DNA of 64,000 nt, taken from the NCBI GenBank assembly GCA_963845755.1, contig CAWJTV010000036.1:320001-384000 (forward strand). Direction: 5' to 3'. Below are positions 1 through 11,052 of the stretch, one piece after another. Origin of the DNA: an uncultured Planctomycetota bacterium. GTDB lineage: Bacteria; Planctomycetota; Planctomycetia; Isosphaerales; Isosphaeraceae. A program made the translations under genes and the position numbers. Below the pieces are notes generated by a model. The model was not told the DNA's origin and searched no databases. It saw only the letters and a program-made list of their open reading frames with translations. Within the stretch, counting starts at the first letter, position 1; every line of letters starts with the position of its first letter.

Positions 1-2013
1 AAGATCCTCTGGGCATCGTCGCGACCGGAGATCGCCGCGACGATCCTGGGAGCGACGCGGTAGTAGTCCCGGATCAGGAGGAGTCCGCCCGGTTGCGCTC
101 GGACATACTCATCCCGAAACCGTCGCAGCGTGGTCAGTTCGTGGCAGTCATCCGGAAGACCCCGGGCAACCGTGCAGGCCGTGGTGATGAAGCAATCGAC
201 CTTTTCTTGGGGCTGGGTCGGCGTCTGCTTCTGCGTTTGGGGCGCGGATGTCTTCTCGTCCTTTTTTTGGGGCTGGGTCGGCGTCTGCGTCTGGGGCGCG
301 GATGTCTTCTTCTTAAAGGCGAAGGACGGGGCCTCGGTCAAGACCGACGCCTTCTCCAGCAGTTGAGACATCTCCTGTTGTTTCGCCTTGTAATTACCAA
401 GAATCCTGTCCACATCGAGCTGTTGCTTGATCTGATCGGCGTTGAGCGCCAGCGATTCCTCGAAGTTGAAAATCCGCGGATCCTGATCCTTGAGCAGGTC
501 AACCGCATAGGTTTTTATGTCCGCTTCGTAGGACTTCTTGAACGCCTCCACCTCCTGGGCATTGAGGATACCACTGCCCTTCAGGATTTCGACCAGCAGA
601 TTGTAGGCCTCGTTCTGACCGAAGACCAAACGGGCGTGATCATGAACGGCGCTTACCCCCCCATGAATTCCCAAATGGAAGTGTTGGTCTTCAATATATC
701 GTGAGACCTCGCTCAAAACGCCGCCGCTTGCGATTTTGCGGAGGCCGACGATGAACGCGGGCATTTGCATCGCATGGATCGCCCATTCGTGTGCCATGAC
801 CTGGAGGGGATGCATTTTGGCATCAAGAGAAGCCATCGACGCGTTGATGCTGATCTTGATCGTCATCGTCTCATTGGAAAGCGATCTCAACGCATTCCCG
901 CCACGCTCCTTCACGTACCCCCTGATGTCGGATATCGTCGATATGTCCTGTCCTTCGATCATCAACTGTGTCGTACCGAGGGAACCCTGCTGGAGATCGA
1001 AAACCAGGTCGGTCCGGTTGCCTTCGTTTTCGACAAAATCGATGAGATTGCGAAGTTGCGAACTTGTCTTAATGGCCGCCAACAACTTCTCGTAGTGGGC
1101 CATCATGTCCCCGCTTTTTGAGAACGCGCCCGATGGCCCGAGGAATTTGGCCTGGAGGATGCGCACCCGGCCCTGTCCTTGGAGGAAGGACCTCCGTTGA
1201 GGTCCGGGCAGTGAACCTGCTGCTGGAGCCGGGCGGCTGGGGACACGGGCCGGGAGGATGGCCTTGGTGACGGGATGGGTAGGAGGCACGGCGACGCTGC
1301 GCAGTCTGGGCAAGGTTCGTCGCGGGGAAGATCGGCCCTTTCGTAGTCCGGCCGGCGGCAATGGGCGCGGCGAGCTTCGCCTGAACGATCGCGGGCATCG
1401 ATGCCGCTTGCAATCCCATGCGTTCGGCTTCCGCCTCGAGTGCTGCGTCTTGCACCACCGCGAGTCCCGCGCCGAACGGATTTCGGACCCGGCCAGCCCG
1501 CTGTTGCAGGACGTGGGCCAGCTCGTGTCCCAGGAGTCTCTGGCCCTGGGCGATGGTGGGGTTATAGTGTCCCGGCCCGAAATAGAGGTCGGCTCCGTGC
1601 GTGAAGGCCAGAGCCCCGATCGCCGGCACCTCGTGCCCGACGTGCACGCGGACGTCGGCGAAGTCCGCGCCGAAGAAGGCTTCCATCTTCCGCTGCACGG
1701 CCTCGGGCAGGCGTTGCCCGGTGCCGCGGGGCCTCAAGGCGAACCCCGGTGGCAGCGGGAACGCACCCTGGCTCGATGGCGGAACGGTACTCCGAGGCAG
1801 GATCGGCCCGGATGTCGAGGCGGGGCGGATCGGCGTCAAACTTCCGGGAGCCGCCGGCCGGGCCCGACTCGGGGCTGGGGCCGCCGGTCGCGTGACGGAC
1901 GCGGAGGCAGGACCGGGGAGCCGGGGCTTGCCTCCGACGAAGGAGCCCTGGATCACCCCGGGACGAACGCCAAGGGTGGGGGGCAGGGTCGGGTGTCGCG
2001 TGGGAGGGTTCAT
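1..2013 (-). CDS. DUF4157 (eCIS core) protein with HExxxH-containing middle domain and C-terminal CFI-box-CTERM; one frameshift near 1290; runs off left edge
   Basis: ORF 1069..2013 has DUF4157 (FGADFADVRVH...ALAFTHGADLYF...LLGHELAHVLQQ). A second minus frame translated by hand continues GPSGAFSKSGDMMAHYEKLL...VMAHEWAIH...KVDCFITTACTVARGLPDDCHELTTLRRFRDEY to the window edge. Confidence 0.8.
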
Positions 2014-2076
2014 CGGTTCACACTCGGTCCGGGACGGTTCGGCTCTAAACGCGATGCGATCGATCCGGTCGCAGAC

Positions 2077-4164
2077 TCACGCCCATCGGTTGAATTCCTC
2101 GGTCAGGAGATCCCAGAATCGCGAGCCCTGATTCAACTTCTGGGCGACCGCCACCCTTGTTGGCTGTACGCACGGCTTGTTGAGATACCATAACACGGCC
2201 ACATAGAGCCTCGGATGATCATTGAGAACGGTGTTCAGGACGGTGATCGATGCGAGGGTCTCGGGGCTCTGTTTGAACTTGAAGGAATCCTCATCGCGCC
2301 GGAGGGCGGACTGGACGTACGTTTTCAGGGTCTGATTCCCCTTGCCGAGAGCGGGCGGGATCACGCCATACATCCCGTTGCCTAGGTCATAAAGGATTCC
2401 CGCGGCCACCTTGCGTTGAGACTCTTCCTCGCGCTTCGCCTTGTAGAGGGGGATCGCCTGGGCAGCCTCCTTGTTCGCGATGAAAGTCTGGTAGCCGGCC
2501 AGCCCGAGGTCGTCCTTCATCCGGTCGATGAGGGGCGTCGGGTCGCTGAAATAGAGGGGACCGTATCCCGCCTCCCCATTCATGTTGTAGAGGGTGAGTA
2601 GTTTGTTAACAACCTGGCGTTCCAAATTATAGTAGTCGTCGCTGAGGGGGATGCCGGCTTCGGAGCAGACCGACCTCGCGATGGTTTCCGTCAGGCCCTC
2701 GTTGAAGATAGGACCCAGACTCGCCGCCAGGCCCGGGACGGAGAGCATGTGGACCAGTTCATGAACGGCGATATGCAGATCGGCCGCGCCCTGGCGGAGG
2801 TGGATCCGGCCCCCGTGCTCGAACGCGATGGTCTGATCGATGCGCCGGGCATGCTGGATCTGGAACTCCCACCCTTTGGACCCGCCGAGAAACTGCAGAC
2901 TCGAGGGGTCGTACTTCGGATTCACGGAGAGCTGCGAGCGGAGATGGGCGTCCCTGAAGCCCGCGTCGCCGAGGAAGGTGAGTGCGGCCTTGATGTCCTC
3001 GAGGCTCAGTTTGCGTTTGGCGTATTTCGCGAGGAACGTCGAATTCGAGAGGGTCTTATGCAGTCCCGTCGCCACCTCATCCTCGTAGCTTGGACTGTGG
3101 CCTTTCGCAGCTAACCCGTGCTTATCGAAGAGTTTGAGGACTTCACGTAGGGTGCGCACATCGGGGATGGGACGAAGGACCAGAAACTCGGCCAGGGCAA
3201 GCGTATCGTCCGGTCCGGGACCAACTCCGGGAGAGCGTTGGTCCAACCACAGCTTCATGACCTCGACCTCATCGGGTTTCAATTGATCCAACGCCTCTTT
3301 CATCGTGATGCGCTGGACGACGCCGTTCCGAGCCGTCGGACGCCGCGCGGGGCCGACGCTCGGGACCAGGGGGCCGGCGAGTGCCGGGTTGGTCGCCGGG
3401 CCACTCCGCGCCTGAGCTACCGAAGGGCGGGACGCGGCGGGCTGGATCGCCCGGTGGCCGGGGAGCTGAGCGGATGGAATTCCCGGACGCGTCGCCGGAG
3501 TGGCCCCGTGCAACTTGGCCTGGATGCCCGGGGAGACCGGCGTCGGGGCGAGGATCGCGACGGCGCGGAGGCCCAGCCGTTCCGCCTCGGACTCGAGCGC
3601 CCGGTCCTGGACCACCACCAGGCCGGAGCCGAAGGGGTTTCGGACTCGGCCGGCCCGCTGTTGCAGGACGTGCGCCAGCTCGTGGCCCAGGAGTCTCCGG
3701 CCCTGGGCCGTATCGGGATTGTAGTGTCCCGGCGCGAAGTAGAGGTCCGCGCCGTGCGCGAACGCCAGGGCGCCGATCGAGGTGGCTTCCGGCCCGACGT
3801 GAACGCGAACGTCGGAGAAGTCGGCCCCGAGCGCCGCCTTCAGCTTGCCCTGGATCAACCCCGGCAACGGTCGACCCATGGCCCGAGCCTTGAGTGGAAA
3901 CGTGGGTGGCAGGGGAAAAACGCCGTCGGTGTGGGCCTGGGCGGCGACAGGGCGAGAGGCCCGCGGCAGGATCGGCCCGGACCGAGGCGGCACGGGGCCG
4001 GGTCGAGACGGAGCCTGTGCCGCAGCCGCGATCGGCAGGCCCGGGCTCGGCACGGGGGCCTGCCCGGAGAATCGGGGCTTGTGGTCCAGGAAAGAGCCCT
4101 GGATCACGCCCGAGCGGCCGGACGCGCCGGAGACCAGGATCGGACGATGGGAGGAGGGATGCAT
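2077..4164 (-). CDS. DUF4157 (eCIS core) protein with C-terminal zincin-like metallopeptidase domain
   Basis: DUF4157 motif LLGHELAHVLQQ; C-terminal IAVHELVH...FNEGLTE (HExxH plus downstream Glu). Start chosen at MHPSSH. Confidence 0.85.
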   Translation of the reverse strand: MHPSSHRPILVSGASGRSGVIQGSFLDHKPRFSGQAPVPSPGLPIAAAAQAPSRPGPVPPRSGPILPRASRPVAAQAHTDGVFPLPPTFPLKARAMGRPLPGLIQGKLKAALGADFSDVRVHVGPEATSIGALAFAHGADLYFAPGHYNPDTAQGRRLLGHELAHVLQQRAGRVRNPFGSGLVVVQDRALESEAERLGLRAVAILAPTPVSPGIQAKLHGATPATRPGIPSAQLPGHRAIQPAASRPSVAQARSGPATNPALAGPLVPSVGPARRPTARNGVVQRITMKEALDQLKPDEVEVMKLWLDQRSPGVGPGPDDTLALAEFLVLRPIPDVRTLREVLKLFDKHGLAAKGHSPSYEDEVATGLHKTLSNSTFLAKYAKRKLSLEDIKAALTFLGDAGFRDAHLRSQLSVNPKYDPSSLQFLGGSKGWEFQIQHARRIDQTIAFEHGGRIHLRQGAADLHIAVHELVHMLSVPGLAASLGPIFNEGLTETIARSVCSEAGIPLSDDYYNLERQVVNKLLTLYNMNGEAGYGPLYFSDPTPLIDRMKDDLGLAGYQTFIANKEAAQAIPLYKAKREEESQRKVAAGILYDLGNGMYGVIPPALGKGNQTLKTYVQSALRRDEDSFKFKQSPETLASITVLNTVLNDHPRLYVAVLWYLNKPCVQPTRVAVAQKLNQGSRFWDLLTEEFNRWA

Positions 4165-4210
4165 CGGATGGCCTCGGCCTCTACGATCGGAGGAAAACCT
4201 TGAGCCAGTG

Positions 4211-6347
4211 TCAGAGCTTCTCAGGTGGGATGCAGACCGGGCCGCCCAGGTCACCGACATTGACGTAAGAGAAGGTACTGGAAGACGTCGAGGTCAGGCT
4301 CGTCGAGGAGTTCGAGGAGGATTTCTTGGTCTTGCCGGCTCGGAAGTCTTCGATCGCATCCATCAACCCTGGACGCGCATTCAGGAAAGAAAAGAAGCCT
4401 TGATAAAAAGTCATCTCATCAAAACCCTGACTCTTCAGGTACTCGATGAGCGTTTGAACTTCCTGCCTCTCCCGCGGATAACACGGCCTCTTGCACGTCA
4501 TCCCGGCTTCCTGCATGATGATCAACGTGAGATGTTCGGTGAGGCCCTCGTTCAGATCGCTGCCCAGAGTCTTCTTCGTCATGTGGTTGGAGAGACTGTG
4601 CAGGAACTCGTGGATCGGAACGTGCAAGTCGTCGGTCGTGCCGCTGCCGAGACGGAGGTAGAACGTGTCTCCGACCCGCGCACCGAAGGAAAAGTCCATA
4701 TTCAGCAACTGTGATTGGACCGTAAGTTCACGCTGTTTGGCCTCGACCAGGAGGGCCGCCTCGATATCACGGGCTTCGGCGATCTGGATCGCGTTCGAGA
4801 CCATCTTCTTGAGGGATTCGAGACCCCCTTGTAACTGCGGGCCCGCGGCCTTGAGCAAGGTCTGGGATTTCAGGAGGGCCGGCGGGACCTCGCTCGCGTA
4901 AAAATCCCTGAGGAACTCCTTCGCATGAGGGATCGGCTTGGAAAACATGCTTCCGAACGTAGGGCCATTATCCTTCCAAATCTTATTGACGATGAACTTG
5001 GAGTTCTGCTCATGGAGTGCATATTGCTCGACGGAGTCTCGCAGTCTCGCCATTTCGAAGGGCCGGATGATCTCGTCTAACGGCAGGTTTGTCACCGCCA
5101 TTTTTTGTTCGATCCAGACCTTGAACTTCCGCTCGAAAGCCGAATCCTTCTCCAGCTCAAGCATGAGCTCCTCGATCGGCACGCACTGGACGACTGCGGG
5201 ATGGCTCCGCTTGGCCGCGTTTGGTGCGGCGCCAGGAGTCACCTTACGGGGGAGGATGGGGGAGGCGTGCAAGGCTTCCCGGCTGCGCAGGATGCTCGGC
5301 TTGATCGGGAGGATCGGTCGGGGCATCTGCCGGACCGGGGTGGGGATGGGACCTGGAGGACGTGTCGCACCGTGCGCCGGGGTTGGGCCCGGGAGAATCG
5401 CGCCCCGTTTCGGCTGGACCGACCCGATCGCGGCATCCGGGCGGCGGGCGGGTGAGATCGGACGGGCGACAGTGGGCAGGATCGGGGGACGGGCGGCCGG
5501 CGTCGAGGCGGATGGCGCAGGGTGCTGGGCCGTCGCGAGTCCGCGGGGAGGAGGCGCCCGGTCCGGGAGGCATCATCTTGGCCTGGACCGGCGGCACGAA
5601 CGTCGCGGCCCGTTGCCCCATCCGCTCCGCCTCGGCCTCCAGCGCCTGATCCTGGACCACGGCAAGTCCCGAGCCGAAGGCGTTGCGCACCCGGCCGGCT
5701 TGCTGCTGCAAGACGTGCGTCAACTCGTGCCCCAGCAGTCGCTGTCCCTCCGAGGTCGTGGGACGGTATTGCCCCGGGGCGAAGTAGAGGTCCGAACCGT
5801 GAGTAAACGCCAGGGCGCCGATCGACGGCGCTTCAGGCCCGATGTGGACCATCACGTCGGAGAAGTCGGCCCCGAAGAATGCTTCCATCTTCCGCTGGAC
5901 GGGCTCGGGCAGTCGTTGCCCCGTGCCATGGGGCTTGAGGGCGAACGTGGGCGGCAAGGCGAAGGTATTGCCGGAGAGGCGCTGTACCGCGATCGCTCCG
6001 AGGTGCCTCGCGCCGGTCGCGGGTTGGACGGACTGTGCCAGGGCCGGGCCGGGAAGGATGCCGTGTTGCGGCCGTCCTGGGTTCGGCGGGACCGCTCCGA
6101 AACTCGGGGGATGGATCGGACCGGATGCCCCGCCGAGCCGGGGCTGGGCCGGTTTCTGCTGGAGCGGTGCCGGCGGATGCGGAGACGGGCGGACCGGTGA
6201 GGTTGGAGGGGTCCCAGGCCATCCTCTTGCCGCCGGGGTGCCCGTCTGACGGGCCGCGGGCAACATGGGATCGATTCTGCCGGGAAGTCCGCCTGGGAAG
6301 TAACCTTGGATCACATTTCCACCGGAGAGCCCTACACGCGGAGACAT
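4211..6347 (-). CDS. DUF4157 (eCIS core) protein with C-terminal zincin-like metallopeptidase domain; frameshift near 5560
   Basis: DUF4157 in ORF 5244..6452; C-terminal half in ORF 4211..5326 with IHEFLH...LNEGLTE. ATG at 6347 (MSPRVGLSGGNVIQG). Confidence 0.8.
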
Positions 6348-6623
6348 GAGCGCAGCCTCGGAACATGAAGGTCTCACGGCGATGGACACGGCGCCCGAGC
6401 ACGTATGATTCCAAATATACTCTTGCCAGGACGGCGAGACAAGGTTGTGCAAGCGCCCCTTCGGCCCGCCGCCTCGATCGTCCCCCGCGAGGCATGTGAG
6501 AACCGCTCGGACAGACGCATGGTAGACTTAACCAAAAGATCAAGGCTGTGAGCCGCGCGTTTCGATCAAATTCGGCACCGATTGTCGGCGCGTGCTTGAA
6601 CGGGTGGGAGACGCTGCAAGGCC

Positions 6624-7277
6624 ATGAACGAGTCATTCGTGGAAGTGGACGAAGAGCCGAGCCTGGGGGCTTTGCGACTTGAGGCAACCCCGATCGTCTG
6701 GCGAGACGCATTGCGCGAGGATCTGGCCCGGACGATCGAGCGTGGGCACGGCCGGTGGTCGCGGGCGTTGGTGGCGATGGCGTGGATTCACCTGGGGAGT
6801 TTCCTCGGCTGCCAGGCGCTCCATGACCCCAGCCTCCAGAGCGACCCTCGCCTGGTCCTCGTGTGGGGTGCGGAGCTGGTCGCCGTGATCGTCGCATTGC
6901 GCGCGATCGTCGGGCCGCGATGGTTCGCGGCGTCACCGGCCGTCGGCGTCGTGACCCGGTTGTGGGCGACCTTCCTGATCCTCTCGTTCAACCTGGTGAT
7001 GCTCAACGCCTTGACCGGCTGGGAATCCCGATGGTACAAGCCGGCCTGGGGGACCTTGAGCACGTTCTTCTTCGCGTCGCTGGCCTGGCTGTTCACGCCC
7101 AAGTTCTTCATCCCAGCCGTCCAGATGTACTTCACCGCGCTCGTGATGGTCCACTTCCAGGACGAGGAAAACCTGGTTTATGGCGTGTCGTGGTGGGTCG
7201 CACTCATGAGTATCGCCGTGACGCTCCGGCGGCAGGAACGTCGATGGGAAAACCGTAGCTCAGGCTTTCCATCCTGA
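6624..7277 (+). CDS. Hypothetical multi-pass membrane protein
   Basis: 217-aa ORF with about six hydrophobic segments. Confidence 0.7.
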   Translation: MNESFVEVDEEPSLGALRLEATPIVWRDALREDLARTIERGHGRWSRALVAMAWIHLGSFLGCQALHDPSLQSDPRLVLVWGAELVAVIVALRAIVGPRWFAASPAVGVVTRLWATFLILSFNLVMLNALTGWESRWYKPAWGTLSTFFFASLAWLFTPKFFIPAVQMYFTALVMVHFQDEENLVYGVSWWVALMSIAVTLRRQERRWENRSSGFPS

Positions 7278-7320
7278 CATCGGGGGAGTCGGGCGGGAAA
7301 GCCCGACCTTCGCCGGGCTC

Positions 7321-9336
7321 TCACCGCGCCGGGGCCGGGTCCGTCGTCGGCGCCATCGCGGTCCCGAGGTCCAGGCTGGGCCGTTCGCGCTCTCGGATCG
7401 GCGTCGGGTTCCAGACCGGCAAATCGCAAAGGCCGCCGCCCAGGTAGATGTGCTGCCAGAGCTGGGTCGCGATGACGCAGGTCAAGCTCAGGTCCATGAT
7501 GATCCGTTTGGGAGTGATCGTGGGGAACCGCACCTGGGCGGCGCGCTCGCGCGCGATCCCTTCCGGGTCGAACCAGCCGGTGGCTCTGAGCGACTCGGGG
7601 CTCAGGAGCTGGTCGACCCAGGCCGGGCGGTCCGGGGCGAGGAAGGCTTCGGACCGGCTGGCGCGGAACATCGTCTTGGGGCGGTTGGCGATCCGGGTCG
7701 GGAGCGTCCGCGCGGCCACCTGGCGCAGCAGCCACTTGTCGGTCCGGCCACGCAGCTTGTACTCCGGGGCGATCGAGGCGCAGAAGGCGATCACATCGTC
7801 GTCGAGCAGCGGATACCGCGCCTCGACCGACGAGTTCATGGCGATCCGGTCCCCCTTGGCCACGAGGAGCAGTCCGGCCAGCATGACCTTGTAGCCGACG
7901 TAGAGCGACTGATTCAGCGGAGCCCAGTGCGGGAATCGGTCGTGGATGATGCCCAGGTCGTCGAAGGCCGCATGACCGGCCACGCGGTCCCAGAGTGCAC
8001 CGGAATAGACGAAGGATCGCCCCTGGGCCATGAGGTCGTAGACATCCTGCTGGGCCGTGCGCACGCCCCGGATGCCATGGCGCGGCGGCACGTGCGCCGG
8101 GTTGCCGCGCATCGAGCCGAGCACCAGCCGCCGGAACGCCGGGTTGATGAACCCCAGCGACCAGCGATTGAGCCGCTCGCGGATCGACTGGGTCTTGAAC
8201 CAGGCGTAGCCGGCCAGCGCCTCGTCGGCCCCCTCGCCGGTCAGCACGACCTTGTAGCCCTGACCGTGCACGGCGCGGGCCAGCCGCATCAGGCAGGCGC
8301 AGGAGGAGTCCATCACCGGCCCTTCGGCGGCGCGGATCAGCTCGGGATAGGCCGCGACGATGTCGGCGCGGTTCATCGTCACGGTGGTCAACTGCGAGCC
8401 CAGCGCCGCGGCCGATTCGGTCGCGTGCGACCGCTCGTCGGGGCCGGCGCGGTCCAACCCGATCGTGAACGACGGCACGGCCGAGCCCCGCTGTCGCGAG
8501 CTAAGCCCCAGCACGACCGTCGAATCCAGCCCGCCGCTGATATAGCTGACCACCGGCACGTCGCCCCGCAGCCGGCGCTCGACCGCCTGCCGCATCCGGG
8601 ATTCCAGCTCGTCGATCAGCGGCGTCGGATCGTCCAGCCGGCGCTCCTGGCCCGCGTCGGGGAAATCCAGGTCCCAGTAGAGTTTGCTCTCGACCCGCCC
8701 GTCGCGGACCCGGAGGTAATGGCCCGGCGGGATCGATTGGATCCCTTCGAAGAACGTGCGCGAGGTCCCGGCGCAGAAGGTGTGGAAGAACAGGTCGATG
8801 CCCTTGGGGTCCGGCCGGGCCGCGACCAGGCCCGACGACAACAGGGCCTTGATCTCCGAGCCCCAGAGCAACCAGCCATCGGCCATCGTGTAATACAGCG
8901 GGCAGATCCCCACCCGATCGCGCCCCAGGATCAGCGTGCGCGTGTTCCGGTCCCAGAGCGCGACGGCGAACTGGCCGCGGGCCTTCTCGAAGAACCCCTC
9001 GCCCAGGTCTTCATAGAGGTGGACCCACAGCTCGGTGTCGCACCGGGTCGCCAGCCGATGCCCCCGCGCCGACAGCTCGGCTTGCAGCTCGGGGTATTCG
9101 AAGAGCTCGCCGTTCTGCGTCGCCCAGATGGAACCGTCCTCGTTGCTGATCGGTTGGCGGCCTCCGGCCAGGTTGACGATCGACAGCCGCCGCGCCCCCA
9201 TCGCCACGCCCGGTTCGAGATGGACCTGTTCGTCGTCCGGGCCGCGATGCGCGATCGCGCCCGTCATCGCCAGCAACCGCGCGGCGGAGAACTCGCGATG
9301 GCCGTTCAGATCGATCGCACCCGCGATGCCGCACAT
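7321..9336 (-). CDS. asnB: Asparagine synthase (glutamine-hydrolysing)
   Basis: N-terminal MCGIAG, HRGPD, NGELFEY, SGGLDS, LTGEGADE, VEARYPLLD motifs. Confidence 0.92.
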   Translation of the reverse strand: MCGIAGAIDLNGHREFSAARLLAMTGAIAHRGPDDEQVHLEPGVAMGARRLSIVNLAGGRQPISNEDGSIWATQNGELFEYPELQAELSARGHRLATRCDTELWVHLYEDLGEGFFEKARGQFAVALWDRNTRTLILGRDRVGICPLYYTMADGWLLWGSEIKALLSSGLVAARPDPKGIDLFFHTFCAGTSRTFFEGIQSIPPGHYLRVRDGRVESKLYWDLDFPDAGQERRLDDPTPLIDELESRMRQAVERRLRGDVPVVSYISGGLDSTVVLGLSSRQRGSAVPSFTIGLDRAGPDERSHATESAAALGSQLTTVTMNRADIVAAYPELIRAAEGPVMDSSCACLMRLARAVHGQGYKVVLTGEGADEALAGYAWFKTQSIRERLNRWSLGFINPAFRRLVLGSMRGNPAHVPPRHGIRGVRTAQQDVYDLMAQGRSFVYSGALWDRVAGHAAFDDLGIIHDRFPHWAPLNQSLYVGYKVMLAGLLLVAKGDRIAMNSSVEARYPLLDDDVIAFCASIAPEYKLRGRTDKWLLRQVAARTLPTRIANRPKTMFRASRSEAFLAPDRPAWVDQLLSPESLRATGWFDPEGIARERAAQVRFPTITPKRIIMDLSLTCVIATQLWQHIYLGGGLCDLPVWNPTPIRERERPSLDLGTAMAPTTDPAPAR

Positions 9337-9569
9337 CTCGAAACCCTTCTCACGAAACCTGTTCGGCCGATCCGTTCCCCGGGACGCCCGCCGATCCGCC
9401 GGCCGGCGGGATCGATCGGGACACGTTGTACTATAACATTCGCAGTCAACCCGGGACGAGCCGGCCGACTTCCGAGCGTCCCATCGCACTCTGGTTCGAT
9501 CGTTTCACTCGTTGTATCTTGAGACGAACGTGTGGATCGTCTCGACGCATTCTTCTCGGAGCCGTGTCG

Positions 9570-10600
9570 ATGGCCAAGCCCTTCGAGATCGAGACCGAGG
9601 ACTACGAGTTATTGATCTCGCCGTCGGCCGGAGAGACCAACCTGCCCAAGCCGGCCTCGACGAACGTTCATGCCGACGTCAGTGCGGTCTCGCACACGGG
9701 GAGGGTCCGGTTGCGGAACGAGGACCACTTTCTCGTCTCCCGATTCAGCCGTAAGCACGAGATCCTCCAGACCAACCTGCCCCAGGAGTCCCTCCCCGAA
9801 CAGACCGGCGACGACGGCTATCTGTTCATCGTGGCCGACGGGATGGGCGGAATGGCTGCCGGCGAGGTCGCCAGCCGGCTGGCGATCAGCACGAGCCTAA
9901 AGCTGTTCCATCGCTCGGAGAAATGGGGCTTCAAGGTCAACCATCGCGAGGCGCGGCGAACTGTTCGACCGGATCAATAGCGATCTCCAGGAGATCGACA
10001 AGGCGCTCACCGAGCAGAGCGCGGCCGACCGCCGCCTCCTGGGGATGGGCACCACCTTGACCGCCGCCTACAGCATGGGCGTTCAACCTGTTCATCGTCC
10101 ACCTCGGCGACTCCCGGGTGTACCTCTATCGCGACGGCACGCTCCGCCAGTTGACCAAGGACCATACCGTCGCCCAGGCCATGGCCGATGCCGGCCACAT
10201 CTCCCACGAGGACGTGCGGCATCACGTCAAGCGCAATGCGCTGACCAACTTCCTCGGCGGCCACAACGGCAAGGTCCGGGCCGAGTTCCGCTGGCTCCGT
10301 CTCGCCGATGGCGACCGCCTGCTGCTCTGCAGCGACGGGCTCAATGAGATGGTCGACGACGCCTCCATCGCCCGGATCGTCGGCCGGCGCGGCTCGGTCC
10401 GCGAGGTGGCACAGGCCCTCCTCACGGAAGCCCTCGACGGCGGCGGTAAAGATAACGTCACCATCATCGTGGCCGGCTACCAGATCTCCAACCCGGAACC
10501 CGCCCAGGAAGCGAACCTCAGCGAGGAGCTGACCAAGCTGGAATCCACCTCCGATACGAACCCTCCGTCGTTAGCCTTCCTGGATGAGACGCGGGACTAG
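9570..10600 (+). CDS. PP2C-family Ser/Thr protein phosphatase (two frameshifts, near 9960 and 10085)
   Basis: SHTGRVRLRNEDHF, VADGMGG, GMGTTLT, GDSR, LTKDHT, LLLCSDGL, GGKDNVT spread over three frames. Confidence 0.88.
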
Positions 10601-10645
10601 AGCGGTTCGATGTTGAGTTGCGCACGCTCGAAGTCCTCCCCGAAG

Positions 10646-11043
10646 AACCCCCCCGTACCCCCCCTTCGTAAGGGGGGGAAAGGAAATGGCCCGCTCCGTA
10701 GGTCTTTCTTCCCCCCTTACGAACGGGGGATACAGGGGGGTTCTGTCGCGTTGACCCTGGGGTGTGCGCAACGCAATCGTTACGCGCTCTCGAGCGTTCC
10801 AGGCATGGTTTGCGCACAGCTCGACACGAAGGACACTCATACGAACATGGATAGGTTGGAGTCCCGGCTTCAGCCGGCTTTTCCGCCTGAAGCCGGGACT
10901 CCAACCCGACAATGGAAGCCTGAGAGTCTGTCCCCGAAGGGGCCGGTCCGGGCGAGCGGGGGCGTCAGCCCCCTGTCTTGGAGGTCCGTCGCTCACCGGA
11001 CAGGGGGCTGACGCCCCCCGCTCGCCTTTCTGGGACAGACTCT
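10646..11043. repeat. Cluster of REP-like palindromic elements (three different inverted-repeat pairs)
   Basis: ccccccttcgtaagggggg / ccccccttacgaacggggg (10646-10742); ggttggagtcccggcttcag...ctgaagccgggactccaacc (10854-10906); agagtctgtccc...gggacagactct (10923-11043) enclosing gcgagcgggggcgtcagccccctgtc / gacagggggctgacgccccccgctcgc. Lies between convergent genes. Confidence 0.8.
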
Positions 11044-11052
11044 GAGAGACGA

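Noticed and set aside
7321..9336. asnB as a lasso-peptide cyclase
   Set aside because: It has an intact N-terminal Cys glutaminase domain, and no precursor, B1 or B2 genes are nearby.
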